A DNA stretch of 64,000 nucleotides from Bacteroidota bacterium (GTDB lineage: Bacteria > Bacteroidota > Bacteroidia > Bacteroidales > Cfx3-03): NCBI GenBank assembly GCA_013390605.1, contig JACAUB010000001.1:2302021-2366020 (forward strand). The letters run 5' to 3'. Position numbers and translations under genes: made by a program. Below, piece after piece: positions 19,918 through 29,257 of this stretch. Each line of letters begins with the position of its first letter. The first letter of the stretch is position 1. The notes under the pieces were generated by a model that was given only the letters and a program-made list of their open reading frames with translations, was not told where the DNA came from and did no database searches.

Positions 19918-20115
19918 TCAAAACATAAATAAAGAAATTATCCTTTTAACACTAAAAGTCCGATGTTGTTTGATTACTTGACGTTTAAGATTTTCCATTC
20001 TTGCCTCAGTAATACTTTCAGGAGATTCAAGAAACAGAATTTGCTTTTCAATATTCTCGAGATCACGTAATAATCTGCTTTTACGTAAGTAAAGTTCTTT
20101 AAGGTCCGGAAGCAT
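19918..20115 (-). CDS. small hypothetical protein (65 aa, predicted coiled-coil N-terminal half)
   Basis: ATG-initiated ORF with a TAnnTTTG box 22 nt upstream, lying after the terminator of the upstream gene. No family recognised. Confidence 0.4.
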   Translation of the reverse strand: MLPDLKELYLRKSRLLRDLENIEKQILFLESPESITEARMENLKRQVIKQHRTFSVKRIISLFMF

Positions 20116-20136
20116 AAGCAGGTGTGTTTAATAGTA

Positions 20137-20144
20137 CAAAGATA
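20137..20144 (-). promoter_or_regulatory. putative -7 box (TATCTTTG) for the 65-aa ORF
   Basis: The minus strand reads TATCTTTG, 22 nt upstream of the ATG at 20115. Confidence 0.35.
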
Positions 20145-20212
20145 AGAGTATGTTCCATACAAAAACAATTTTAATGTTATTTTTTTAATATTTTTATGTT
20201 AATAACAAAAAA

Positions 20213-20250
20213 CAAAGGCACTGAAAACTTAAAAAAGTTCAGCGCCTTTG
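20213..20250 (-). terminator. hairpin downstream of the 690-aa secreted protein gene
   Basis: CAAAGGCACTGAA / TTCAGCGCCTTTG, 12 of 13 bp paired, 18 nt after the stop. Confidence 0.6.
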
Positions 20251-20267
20251 CATTATAAAGAATGAAA

Positions 20268-22349
20268 TTAGTTTGTAACACCCAATTCTTTAAATTGAGC
20301 AGCAGCATTCAAAAAATGAGCTGTAATCCAAAATACAGTCCAACTCTCATTGTATCCGCCTCGTAATTTATTTACATCGGTCATATTTCCCGATTGAGCA
20401 AAATTAGTATGATGCACTTGCTCACCCTGCGATCCATAAGCATCAATAAGTTGCCCGCAGCTTCTAAACATCAATACTGCTACTTTTTTCAGGTCTTCAT
20501 CTTTTAATAATACACCCATTCTATAAACAGAAGGTGCCATCACTACACCATAAACATCCAGATGTTGGTTTTGAGGAGAAACAACAGTCCAACCATTAGA
20601 CCTAAAATGATGATCAGCCAAACGACCGGCTGGCATTTCAATATTCCAGTCCGAAACATAACTTAATACCACATCACAAGCATGCTTTGCATCATCCAGA
20701 TATTTCTTATTCAACGTAAGATCGTAAGCAGCTAAGAATCCTTGAAAAGCAGCCCACGTGCCTTCTTTATCTTCGCAAGTTGCATCCAGTGTTCCACCCC
20801 AATAAGGTTCCTCCATCGATAAATGGCGTTGTGCATAGTAATCAGCTGCCTTTAATGCAGCTTTCGCATATAATGGATTAACAAATAATTTAGAAGCCAT
20901 AGCCAGTGGAGCAATATAATACGCTTCATTTGTAGAAACCGGCAACCACTCTTTTTTCAGTATTCTGGCGGCATGGGCCTCGCAAGCCTTCTTTAAAAAA
21001 GCTTCCCATTTTAACGTGTTCAGTTTTTTGTTTTTGCGTGCCGCATCAATAGCCTTTGCAAAACTATACATGGCCTGACCTTGCGATACATGATCCTGTC
21101 CACTCCATTGTTTACTTTGAATATCATAGATTACCGGAAAACCAGTTGCATCAACGGGAGACGTAGAGAGATGATCAAGTGATTTCTGAACCTTTGCTAT
21201 CAGTAGGGGATCATCAATCTTGTCGGTCAATCGTTGCAAAGCATAACCCAATGCTTCGGCTTGACCACACCACCCCATTACAATTTTCTTATCAACATTA
21301 GCAGGATACATATTATAACCCGCATAACCATTTCCTTCAAGCCAACGAGATTGTGCATATAAATACTTCGACTTTATTATATCATCAAATGAGGGCATAT
21401 CTCCTGAATAAAAGGGTCTAAAGATATTAAGTGATGAATGCACTGCCTGTTGAAAAGCAGTACCCTGAGCACTTGTAGGATATGCTTCGATATAAAACTC
21501 CTTTTCAATAATGGTTTCGGGTTGAATAGTCAAAAAAGTATCAGGATATTTCATGGAACCTTTCTGCAAAGCCTTGACAACACTTTTCTGATCGTTGTAA
21601 GCCGTTGGGCCTGATAAGAGTTCTAATTCATCACAATCTTTTTTAGACTCTACTCCCATCGACCACCACTGATCGTTTTTTAGTGCACCAACAGGTTTAC
21701 TTGGAATAGAATGTAATGCTACCCCATAAAATTTATTTTCGTCAGATCCTTCGAGGCAAACAAAAGGCATCGGAAAACGATGTTCTTCAAAGATAGCCAT
21801 CTCTCCCATATTTCCATGATAAACCGGAACTTTATCTTTGCCGCTTTTTTCACCTGAAGGATTTCCATAATATAGAATCCCGGGCAAGAAAGTCTGAGTA
21901 TTTTTGAATCCGGCTTTCCAACGTACAGATAACGTTACTTGTTTTAAAGGAGCTTTCCCTTTGTATTCAAATCGGCGGATACAATGAATTCTACCTTCTT
22001 CTTGTCTATAAGAATCTTTAAGCGTCCATTCTCCCTGAGGCAATACTATTTTTCCTTCTAATATTTTCCATGGACCGTTTTCAGTTAATTTTGTTGGATT
22101 AGCATGAATCCATTTAGTAGGCCAGTCAACCTGCCATCCTGTTGCAATAGACCATAACCCCTCTGCTGGCGATTGTAACATCTCTTTTCCATCTACCTTA
22201 CACGAAACAGAATACCCATTATCTGTTTTAGTAATACTTAACTGCTGCCCCATCATAGAAGTAGATAAACAGAAAAAAAGAAAAGACAAAACAGAAATAG
22301 TTCTGTAGTGAAAATTTATAAACCGCAAAAAAACTTTTGTTACAACCAT
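20268..22349 (-). CDS. secreted hypothetical protein, possibly an (alpha/alpha)-toroid glycan-active enzyme
   Basis: About 693 aa from the ATG at 22349 (the listed 22361 is GTG), with a hydrophobic signal-like N-terminus. The C-terminal half is rich in regularly spaced helical W/Y/A segments, but I cannot assign a CAZy family. Divergent from the oxidoreductase/DUF1080 cluster. Confidence 0.8.
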   Translation of the reverse strand: MVVTKVFLRFINFHYRTISVLSFLFFCLSTSMMGQQLSITKTDNGYSVSCKVDGKEMLQSPAEGLWSIATGWQVDWPTKWIHANPTKLTENGPWKILEGKIVLPQGEWTLKDSYRQEEGRIHCIRRFEYKGKAPLKQVTLSVRWKAGFKNTQTFLPGILYYGNPSGEKSGKDKVPVYHGNMGEMAIFEEHRFPMPFVCLEGSDENKFYGVALHSIPSKPVGALKNDQWWSMGVESKKDCDELELLSGPTAYNDQKSVVKALQKGSMKYPDTFLTIQPETIIEKEFYIEAYPTSAQGTAFQQAVHSSLNIFRPFYSGDMPSFDDIIKSKYLYAQSRWLEGNGYAGYNMYPANVDKKIVMGWCGQAEALGYALQRLTDKIDDPLLIAKVQKSLDHLSTSPVDATGFPVIYDIQSKQWSGQDHVSQGQAMYSFAKAIDAARKNKKLNTLKWEAFLKKACEAHAARILKKEWLPVSTNEAYYIAPLAMASKLFVNPLYAKAALKAADYYAQRHLSMEEPYWGGTLDATCEDKEGTWAAFQGFLAAYDLTLNKKYLDDAKHACDVVLSYVSDWNIEMPAGRLADHHFRSNGWTVVSPQNQHLDVYGVVMAPSVYRMGVLLKDEDLKKVAVLMFRSCGQLIDAYGSQGEQVHHTNFAQSGNMTDVNKLRGGYNESWTVFWITAHFLNAAAQFKELGVTN

Positions 22350-22825
22350 TTTATGATACACTTTTCAGATAAAACAACTTATTTGGCTACATTAAACACA
22401 ATATGAGCCTATATATTTTTGAATATACAGGCTCATATTAGACAGTACAAAATTACATGCTAATTTAATCAGTTACAAAATGTGAGCCTTAGATTCCTTA
22501 TTTTTCTATTTTGATTGTGTATTTTTACCCCATTAAGCCAATATCGTTGAAAAAGATAATAAAATAATATCAGACAAATTAATAGTACAAATGGACAAAA
22601 TCGTATTGTTTTTTTAATATGCCAATCGTTAACTTTGTTATAATTCTCTAAAGAAAGGAAAATTTTAATTGATTTAGATAGCGTAAAAAAAGTCAAAAAA
22701 GACGCTATGAAAAAAAAAAGAAAAAAGAATGTCTCAAAATAGCTATATAAATAATTTCTTTTTACCTTGACAAGCCAAAATAAGACATAAAGTATACAAC
22801 CATAAACCCTATAAAACAAACAATT

Positions 22826-24316
22826 ATGAGCGAAAGTTCAACAAAAAATGATCTCTCAAGGCGTGAATTCCTGACCGCAGCAGGAGTTGTCACAGCCGGG
22901 ATCACAATTTTACCGGGCTCCGTCATGGCAGGTTTTGGCCATAAGGCGCCAAGTGACAAGTTAAATATTGCCGTTGTTGGAATCGGTGGTATGGGTAACG
23001 CAAACCTCAAAGCTGTTAGAGAAACAGAAAATATCGTTGCGCTATGCGATGTTGACTGGAACTATGCAGCTAAAGTTTTCGAAGAAAATCCTCAAGCCAA
23101 AAGATACAAAGACTGGCGTAAGATGTTCGACGAAATGGGAAAAGAGATTGACGCCGTTATCGTTGCCACTGCCGACCATACACATGCCATTATTGCTGCT
23201 ACAGCAATTACAATGGGAAAACATGTTTATGTACAAAAACCTTTGACACATTCTGTGTATGAGTCACGTTTATTAACCAATTTGGCTGCTAAATATAAAG
23301 TTGCAACCCAAATGGGAAACCAGGGAAGTTCTGGCGAAGGTATTCGTCAAACTTGTGCATGGTTATGGAATAATGAAATTGGCGAGGTTACTAAAGTTGA
23401 AGCTTTCACTGACAGACCAATCTGGCCACAAGGACTTAATCGTCCTGAAAGAGGTGATTGGGTTCCTGAAACACTTGATTGGGATCTGTTTATTGGTCCT
23501 GCTAAAATGCGTCCTTACAACACTGTTTATACTCCATGGAACTGGCGTGGATGGTGGGATTTTGGAACAGGTGCACTCGGTGATATGGCTTGTCATATTC
23601 TTCACCCTGTATTTAAAGGTCTTAAATTACAATATCCTATTACAGCTCAGGCTAGCTCTACCCTTCTTTTAGAAGATTGCGCTCCTAATGCTCAGATGGT
23701 TAAATTAGTTTTCCCTGAACGTAAAACTGAAAAAGCAACCAAATTTAAACTTCCTCAAGTTGAAGTTACCTGGTATGATGGTGGTTTACAACCGCCCAGA
23801 CCTAAAGGTTGGCCTGACGGCAAAGACATGAATGATGCAGGTGGTGGTGTTATTTTCCATGGAACAAAAGATACACTAGTTTGTGGTTGCTATGGCAAAA
23901 ACCCATGGCTACTCTCTGGCAGAGTTCCAACCGTTACGCCTACTCTACGTCAGATCACAACCAGTCATGAAATGGATTGGGTGCGTGCTTGTAAAGAGAA
24001 ACCTGAAAACAGAGTTGAAACAGCTTCTCCTTTCAGCGAAGCCGGTCCTTTCAACGAAATGGTTGTTATGGGTGTTATGGCTGTTCGCCTGCAAAGTCTA
24101 AATAAAGAGTTGCATTGGGATGGTCCAAACATGAAGTTTACAAATATTACTGAGAGTGAAGTAATTAAAATCTGTAAGAATGATAGTTTCTCTATCCATG
24201 ATGGACATCCTACATTTACCAGAGGATATACTGATCCTGTTCCTGCTATTCAATATGCAAACGACCTGATCAAACACAAATACAGAGCTCCCTGGAGTCT
24301 TCCTGAAATGCCTTAA
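22826..24316 (+). CDS. TAT-exported Gfo/Idh/MocA family oxidoreductase
   Basis: Twin-arginine signal SRREFLTAAGVVTAGITILPGSVMA and Rossmann motif NIAVVGIGGMGNAN. 496 aa. Confidence 0.9.
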   Translation: MSESSTKNDLSRREFLTAAGVVTAGITILPGSVMAGFGHKAPSDKLNIAVVGIGGMGNANLKAVRETENIVALCDVDWNYAAKVFEENPQAKRYKDWRKMFDEMGKEIDAVIVATADHTHAIIAATAITMGKHVYVQKPLTHSVYESRLLTNLAAKYKVATQMGNQGSSGEGIRQTCAWLWNNEIGEVTKVEAFTDRPIWPQGLNRPERGDWVPETLDWDLFIGPAKMRPYNTVYTPWNWRGWWDFGTGALGDMACHILHPVFKGLKLQYPITAQASSTLLLEDCAPNAQMVKLVFPERKTEKATKFKLPQVEVTWYDGGLQPPRPKGWPDGKDMNDAGGGVIFHGTKDTLVCGCYGKNPWLLSGRVPTVTPTLRQITTSHEMDWVRACKEKPENRVETASPFSEAGPFNEMVVMGVMAVRLQSLNKELHWDGPNMKFTNITESEVIKICKNDSFSIHDGHPTFTRGYTDPVPAIQYANDLIKHKYRAPWSLPEMP

Positions 24317-24342
24317 TCTATTTACTTTACAAATATTCAATA

Positions 24343-24376
24343 TTAACCATCCCATCTTTTCTGGTGGGATGGTTAA
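24343..24376 (+). terminator. hairpin after the TAT oxidoreductase gene
   Basis: 12-bp perfect stem TTAACCATCCCA / TGGGATGGTTAA. Confidence 0.6.
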
Positions 24377-24421
24377 TTAAGTTTAATAAGCTATTTAATA
24401 ATCTATAAATAATAATTATCA

Positions 24422-25192
24422 ATGAAAAAGTTACAATTAATTATTGCAAGTATGCTGGTTTGCTTCTGCTTGTTCGCTATCGGACAAAATGCAAAACAAC
24501 CTGCAAAGAAAGTTACAAAAGCTACTGATAACACACTTACTGCAAAAGAGAAAAAAGAAGGTTTTGTGTTGTTGTTTGATGGTAAGACCACCGATAACTG
24601 GAAAGGTTATAATAAACCTGCATTTCCTGAAAAAGGATGGGAAGTAAAAGATGGCCTTCTTCATTGTATTGGTAGTGGTGCTGGCGAAGCCGGTGGTCAT
24701 GGTGGCGATATTGTAACTACAGAAAATTATAGTAATTTCGAGTTAAAACTTGAATGGAAAATTTCTGAAGGTGGTAATAGTGGTATCTTCATTCTGGCTC
24801 AGGAAAAAGATGGACAACCTATCTATGAATCTGCTCCTGAAATGCAAATCCTGGACAATGACAGACACCCAGATGCTAAACTTGGTAGAGACGGAAACCG
24901 CAAAGCTGGTTCTTTATACGACCTGATCCCTGCTAAACCACAAAATACTAAACCTGCCGGTCAATGGAATAAAGTTTCAATCATTTGCTATCAGGGAACT
25001 GTTGTTTACAATCAGAATGGTGTTAATGTTGTTGAATACCACCTATGGACTGATGCATGGAAGAAAATGGTAAGCGATAGTAAGTTCAAAGATTGGAACG
25101 ACTTTATCAATATTGCTAAAGAAGGTAAAGTTGGTTTGCAAGATCATGGAAATGATGTATGGTTCAAAAACATCAAAATCAAAAAGATGTAA
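24422..25192 (+). CDS. DUF1080 (3-keto-disaccharide hydrolase family) secreted protein
   Basis: Signal peptide, then FVLLFDGKTTDNWKGY ... WEVKDGLL ... NFELKLEWKISEGGNSGIFI ... GKVGLQDHGNDVWFKNIKIK, the characteristic DUF1080 pattern. Confidence 0.88.
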   Translation: MKKLQLIIASMLVCFCLFAIGQNAKQPAKKVTKATDNTLTAKEKKEGFVLLFDGKTTDNWKGYNKPAFPEKGWEVKDGLLHCIGSGAGEAGGHGGDIVTTENYSNFELKLEWKISEGGNSGIFILAQEKDGQPIYESAPEMQILDNDRHPDAKLGRDGNRKAGSLYDLIPAKPQNTKPAGQWNKVSIICYQGTVVYNQNGVNVVEYHLWTDAWKKMVSDSKFKDWNDFINIAKEGKVGLQDHGNDVWFKNIKIKKM

Positions 25193-25215
25193 TTCTATTG
25201 CTCATCTTTTAATAT

Positions 25216-25351
25216 AAAGAGGCTGTCTCAAATATCTTTTGTTATCTTTTTGTAAACCTTTGTGTATTTTGTGGTTAGATATCATTTCTTTCCAGAACAT
25301 CCACAACGGATTATAAAAGGAATACATAGAAGATGAAGAGACAGCCTCTTT
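25216..25351. repeat. 14-bp perfect inverted repeat separated by 108 nt (terminator-like arms around a structured insert)
   Basis: AAAGAGGCTGTCTC (25216-25229) and GAGACAGCCTCTTT (25338-25351). The arms resemble the canonical terminator at 41321-41354, and the interior is itself an imperfect palindrome. Confidence 0.7.
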
Positions 25352-25401
25352 TTATACTTTTAATGATATTATTCTTACTTTTATCATAATAAAATCAATC
25401 C

Positions 25402-26532
25402 ATGAAAAAGGAAATCAAAATCGGAATTATTGGGACAAAATTCATGGGAAAAGCGCACACGCACGCCTTTGTTGATGCACCACTTTTCTTTGATTTGCCC
25501 TTAAAACCAGTTTTACAAGTAGCATGCGGGGTAGATCCAAAAGCAACTGAACAGTTTGCAAATCGTTATGGATGGAAAGCATGGGATACATCATCAGAAA
25601 AAGTAATTCTACGCGACGATGTCGACCTCATAGATATTTGCACACCCAATCACTTACATATGCCGGTAGCTATTGCAGCAGCTAAAGCTGGAAAGCATAT
25701 CCTTTGCGAAAAACCAATGGCAAATAATGCCGACGATGCCCGAAGAATGTTGGATGCAGTAGAAGAAGCTGGTGTAAAACACATGATGGTATTTAACTAT
25801 CGACGCGTTCCCGCCCTGGCCTTTGCAAAAAAAATGATAGAAGACGGTAAGATTGGTAGAATATTTCATTTCAATGCAGTCTATTTTCAAGATTGGTTGG
25901 TTGATCCTCAATTTCCATATACATGGAGACACAATAAACAATTAGCTGGATCAGGAGCCCATGGCGATTTAAATGCACATATTATAGATTTGGCTCGCTT
26001 CTTAGTAGGTGAGTTCGAAACAGTTTGTGGAGCCGAGAAAACCTTTATCAAAGAGAGAACAATAGCCGGAACTAATCAGACAAAAGAAGTTACAGTTGAT
26101 GATGCAGTCTCATTCATGGCTCATTTTCAAAATGGGGCATTAGGCTCTTTTACAGCTACTCGCTTTGCAACAGGTAGAAAAAACCTTCAACGTATTGAGA
26201 TATTTGGAAGTGAGGGAAGCTTATCCTTTAATCTTGAACGACTGAATGAACTTGAATATTATAACAGAAATGATGCTGCCGGAGAGCAAGGTTTCCGTAC
26301 AATATTAGTTACAGAAGCGAATCATCCTTATTTGAATGGTTGGTGGCCAACCGGACATATAATTGGCTGGGAACATACATTTGTTCATCTTGTCTCTGAT
26401 TTTGTAACTGCCATTGCAAAAGACACACCCGTTTATCCCAACTTCTATGATGGGTTAAAATGTCAGTTTGTTTTAGATGCTGTAGCTAGTTCAATTGAAA
26501 AAGGAAGATGGATTCAAATACCCGAAAGATAG
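25402..26532 (+). CDS. Gfo/Idh/MocA family oxidoreductase (cytoplasmic type)
   Basis: N-terminal IKIGIIGTKFMGKAH Rossmann fold, EKP motif (ILCEKPMA). 376 aa, no signal peptide. Confidence 0.9.
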   Translation: MKKEIKIGIIGTKFMGKAHTHAFVDAPLFFDLPLKPVLQVACGVDPKATEQFANRYGWKAWDTSSEKVILRDDVDLIDICTPNHLHMPVAIAAAKAGKHILCEKPMANNADDARRMLDAVEEAGVKHMMVFNYRRVPALAFAKKMIEDGKIGRIFHFNAVYFQDWLVDPQFPYTWRHNKQLAGSGAHGDLNAHIIDLARFLVGEFETVCGAEKTFIKERTIAGTNQTKEVTVDDAVSFMAHFQNGALGSFTATRFATGRKNLQRIEIFGSEGSLSFNLERLNELEYYNRNDAAGEQGFRTILVTEANHPYLNGWWPTGHIIGWEHTFVHLVSDFVTAIAKDTPVYPNFYDGLKCQFVLDAVASSIEKGRWIQIPER

Positions 26533-26952
26533 ATGAACACCATCCCTATCAGAGAACGGAATTTAGATACCGAATTCATTTTAAGTGCTACGCGCAGCAG
26601 TGGTCCGGGTGGTCAAAATGTAAATAAGGTTAGTTCAAAAATAGAACTTCGCTTCAATCTTTATGCTTCAGCGTTCTTAACTGAGGATGAAAAAAACATT
26701 ATCGCACAAAAACTAGCAAATCGTATAAATAATGAGGGAGAACTCCTCATTGTTTCACAAAGCGAAAGATCGCAACTTCAAAACAAGGAAATGGTCATAG
26801 AGCGATTCTTCGCATTACTTGAAGAATGTTTAAAACCAGTAAAAAAAAGGAGAGCTACCAAACCATCATTAGCTTCAAAAATACGTAGACTCGATCACAA
26901 AAAGATGTTGTCAAAAAAGAAGAATGATAGAAAAGGCTTCGGTTTTGAGTGA
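26533..26952 (+). CDS. arfB: alternative ribosome-rescue factor ArfB (peptidyl-tRNA hydrolase, RF-1 domain)
   Basis: 139 aa with GGQ motif (SGPGGQNVNKVSSKIELRF) and a basic C-terminal tail. The ATG directly abuts the TAG of the upstream gene. Confidence 0.88.
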   Translation: MNTIPIRERNLDTEFILSATRSSGPGGQNVNKVSSKIELRFNLYASAFLTEDEKNIIAQKLANRINNEGELLIVSQSERSQLQNKEMVIERFFALLEECLKPVKKRRATKPSLASKIRRLDHKKMLSKKKNDRKGFGFE

Positions 26953-27016
26953 TCAAAACATAAAATCAAGTGATGATGCTTATCAAAATTTAATCTATCA
27001 ATAAAAAAATCAACTT

Positions 27017-28390
27017 ATGCAAATGAAGAAAATCTACACGCTCCTGTTGGCATTATTTCTTGTAGCTACTGGCTTAAAGAGTTTTGCGCAACTACCCAAA
27101 GAGACTGCTGAACAAAAGCAGAAGAGAATGGAATGGTGGACTAACGACCGTTTTGGAATGTTCATCCATTGGGGACTTTATTCACTACCTGCACGTCATG
27201 AATGGGTTAAGAAAAATGAAAGGATGACCAACGAACAGTATCAAAAATATTTTGAACTGTTTGACCCAGATCTGTTCAATCCTAAGGAGTGGGCAAAACA
27301 AGCCAAGGCAGCCGGTATGAAATATGCCGTATTGACGACTAAACACCACGAAGGATTTTGCTTATTCGACTCAAAACTCACTGATTATAAATCGACCAAC
27401 ACACCTGCCAAAAGAGACCTGGTGAGAGAATATGTTGATGCATTTAGGGCTGAAGGAATCAAAATTGGATTCTATTACTCATTGATCGACTGGCACCATC
27501 CTGATTTTACAATTGATGGTAACCATCCCCAATCTGCAAAAACCGACAGTGCTTATAATGCATTGAATAAAAACAGAGACATGGCAAAATACCGTAAATA
27601 TCTTCATGGACAGGTTAAAGAACTGCTCTCAAATTACGGTAAAATAGATTATCTGTTCTTTGATTTCTCTTTCCCCGGAAAACATGGTAAAGGAAGAGAT
27701 GATTGGGATTCTGAAAACCTGCTAAAGATGGTACGTGAACTACAACCGGGTATTCTGGTCAACGATCGATTGGACTTAATGGATACAGAAGGAGGTTGGG
27801 ATTTTATGACTCCTGAACAATTCAAGGTAAGTAAATGCCCTGAATACAAAGGGAAGAAAGTTGCATGGGAGACATGTCAGACCTTCTCAGGATCTTGGGG
27901 ATACCACAGAGACGAAAATACCTGGAAAGACAACAAACAACTACTTGAATTATTAATAGAATCAGTATCAAAAGGCGGAAACCTGTTATTAAATGTAGGT
28001 CCTACTTCAAGAGGAACGCTTGACTACCGGGCAATAGAGCATCTTAATGGAATGGGAGAATGGATGAAAGTAAATAGCCGTTCAATTTATGGTTGTACAG
28101 AAGCTCCTGAAGAATTTAAAGCTCCTGCCAATACACTTCTCACCTATAACCCAGCAACAAAACGCTTGTATGTTCATCTGTTATCCTATCCATTGGAAAC
28201 AATCACACTACAAGGTTTAAACGGAAAAGTTAAATATGCACAGTTCTTACATGATGGTTCAGAACTCAAAATGACTGCCACACATGGTTATTGGATAAAA
28301 GAAAACACATCTGATCAGGACATTATGCTTTCTCTTCCCGTCACCAAACCCAATACTGAAATACCGGTTATTGAGTTGTTCTTAAAATAA
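27017..28390 (+). CDS. alpha-L-fucosidase, GH29
   Basis: Signal peptide plus RFGMFIHWGLYSLPA ... KYAVLTTKHHEGFCLFDS, typical of GH29. Confidence 0.92.
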   Translation: MQMKKIYTLLLALFLVATGLKSFAQLPKETAEQKQKRMEWWTNDRFGMFIHWGLYSLPARHEWVKKNERMTNEQYQKYFELFDPDLFNPKEWAKQAKAAGMKYAVLTTKHHEGFCLFDSKLTDYKSTNTPAKRDLVREYVDAFRAEGIKIGFYYSLIDWHHPDFTIDGNHPQSAKTDSAYNALNKNRDMAKYRKYLHGQVKELLSNYGKIDYLFFDFSFPGKHGKGRDDWDSENLLKMVRELQPGILVNDRLDLMDTEGGWDFMTPEQFKVSKCPEYKGKKVAWETCQTFSGSWGYHRDENTWKDNKQLLELLIESVSKGGNLLLNVGPTSRGTLDYRAIEHLNGMGEWMKVNSRSIYGCTEAPEEFKAPANTLLTYNPATKRLYVHLLSYPLETITLQGLNGKVKYAQFLHDGSELKMTATHGYWIKENTSDQDIMLSLPVTKPNTEIPVIELFLK

Positions 28391-28410
28391 CCATAATAAC
28401 TTTTTTAGTT

Positions 28411-28450
28411 AAAGCCCTGATTGATTACTTTTGAAATCAATCAGGGCTTT
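28411..28450 (+). terminator. intrinsic terminator after the fucosidase gene
   Basis: 16-bp perfect stem AAAGCCCTGATTGATT / AATCAATCAGGGCTTT followed by a T run. Confidence 0.8.
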
Positions 28451-28458
28451 ACTTTTTT

Positions 28459-29214
28459 ATGCCCCATATATTCTATAACATTATGAATGCGATGATCTTT
28501 GCCGCAGGACTTGGAACCCGTCTACGGCCACTTACAGATGATAAACCAAAAGCATTGGTCGAATTAAACGGACAAACGCTGCTTCAGATAACCATTCAAA
28601 AACTACAAAAAGCAGGATTTAATCATATTGTAGTCAATGTTCATCACTTTTCACAATTGGTTATTGATTATTTAAATGCGAACAATAACTTTGGAGTTGA
28701 TGTTTTGATCTCAGATGAATCAGACTTTCTTTTGGATACCGGTGGTGGTCTAAAAAAAGCATCTCCCCTGTTTATAGATAAAGAACCCATTTTAATTCAT
28801 AATGTCGATATTATTTCATCCATCAATTTAACTGATTTATATCAAACACATTGTAAAAAACAAGTATTGGCAACATTGGCTGTAAGGAATCGCCCCACAT
28901 CCAGAGTACTATTATTTGATGAAAATAATCTGCTTCGAGGCTGGAAGAATATCATAACAGGTGCATTAAAATTGCCGCTGGCCACTACGGTTCCAGACAG
29001 TCTTCATCCATATGCTTTCAGTGGTATACAGATCGTTAATCACGAATTATTACAAATGATTTCAGAAACCGGTAAATTTTCAATGATAGATGTTTATCTT
29101 CGTCTATCGGCAAATCACCCTATCATGGCTTATCAACATGATGCCGATTATTGGAATGATGTAGGAAAACACGAACAGCTAGACGCTGCCGTTGCATATT
29201 TAAGTAGAAAATAA
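28459..29214 (+). CDS. sugar-1-phosphate nucleotidyltransferase family protein (MurU-like)
   Basis: N-terminal AMIFAAGLGTRLRPLTDDKPKALV signature. The true start may be the ATG at 28483 or 28492, because 28459 sits in the T tract of the preceding terminator. Confidence 0.85.
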   Translation: MPHIFYNIMNAMIFAAGLGTRLRPLTDDKPKALVELNGQTLLQITIQKLQKAGFNHIVVNVHHFSQLVIDYLNANNNFGVDVLISDESDFLLDTGGGLKKASPLFIDKEPILIHNVDIISSINLTDLYQTHCKKQVLATLAVRNRPTSRVLLFDENNLLRGWKNIITGALKLPLATTVPDSLHPYAFSGIQIVNHELLQMISETGKFSMIDVYLRLSANHPIMAYQHDADYWNDVGKHEQLDAAVAYLSRK

Positions 29215-29257
29215 TTATTAAGCACGCTACTATTATAACCAACATATATCTTGTTGT

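Noticed and set aside
22400-22439. Hairpin AATATGAGCCT...AGGCTCATATT upstream of the 690-aa protein gene as a regulatory element
   Set aside because: It is a real 11+5-bp stem, but it has no U tract on either strand and no clear association with a transcript end or operator. It is noted but left unassigned.
22469-22819. 116-aa minus-strand ORF in the divergent region, followed by a hairpin at 22400-22439
   Set aside because: The F/L/I/K/N-rich product derives from poly-A/T tracts (FFFLFFF comes from a run of A's). It occupies the space where the promoter of the 22826 gene must lie, and no -7 box was found. It cannot be excluded as a small membrane protein, but I cannot support it.
22968-23672. 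Alternate-frame ORFs within the TAT oxidoreductase gene (22968-23246, 23301-23672, and others on the minus strand)
   Set aside because: They are embedded in a well-supported CDS and have no independent evidence. The same applies to shadow ORFs inside cox, GH, susC/D and addB-like genes.
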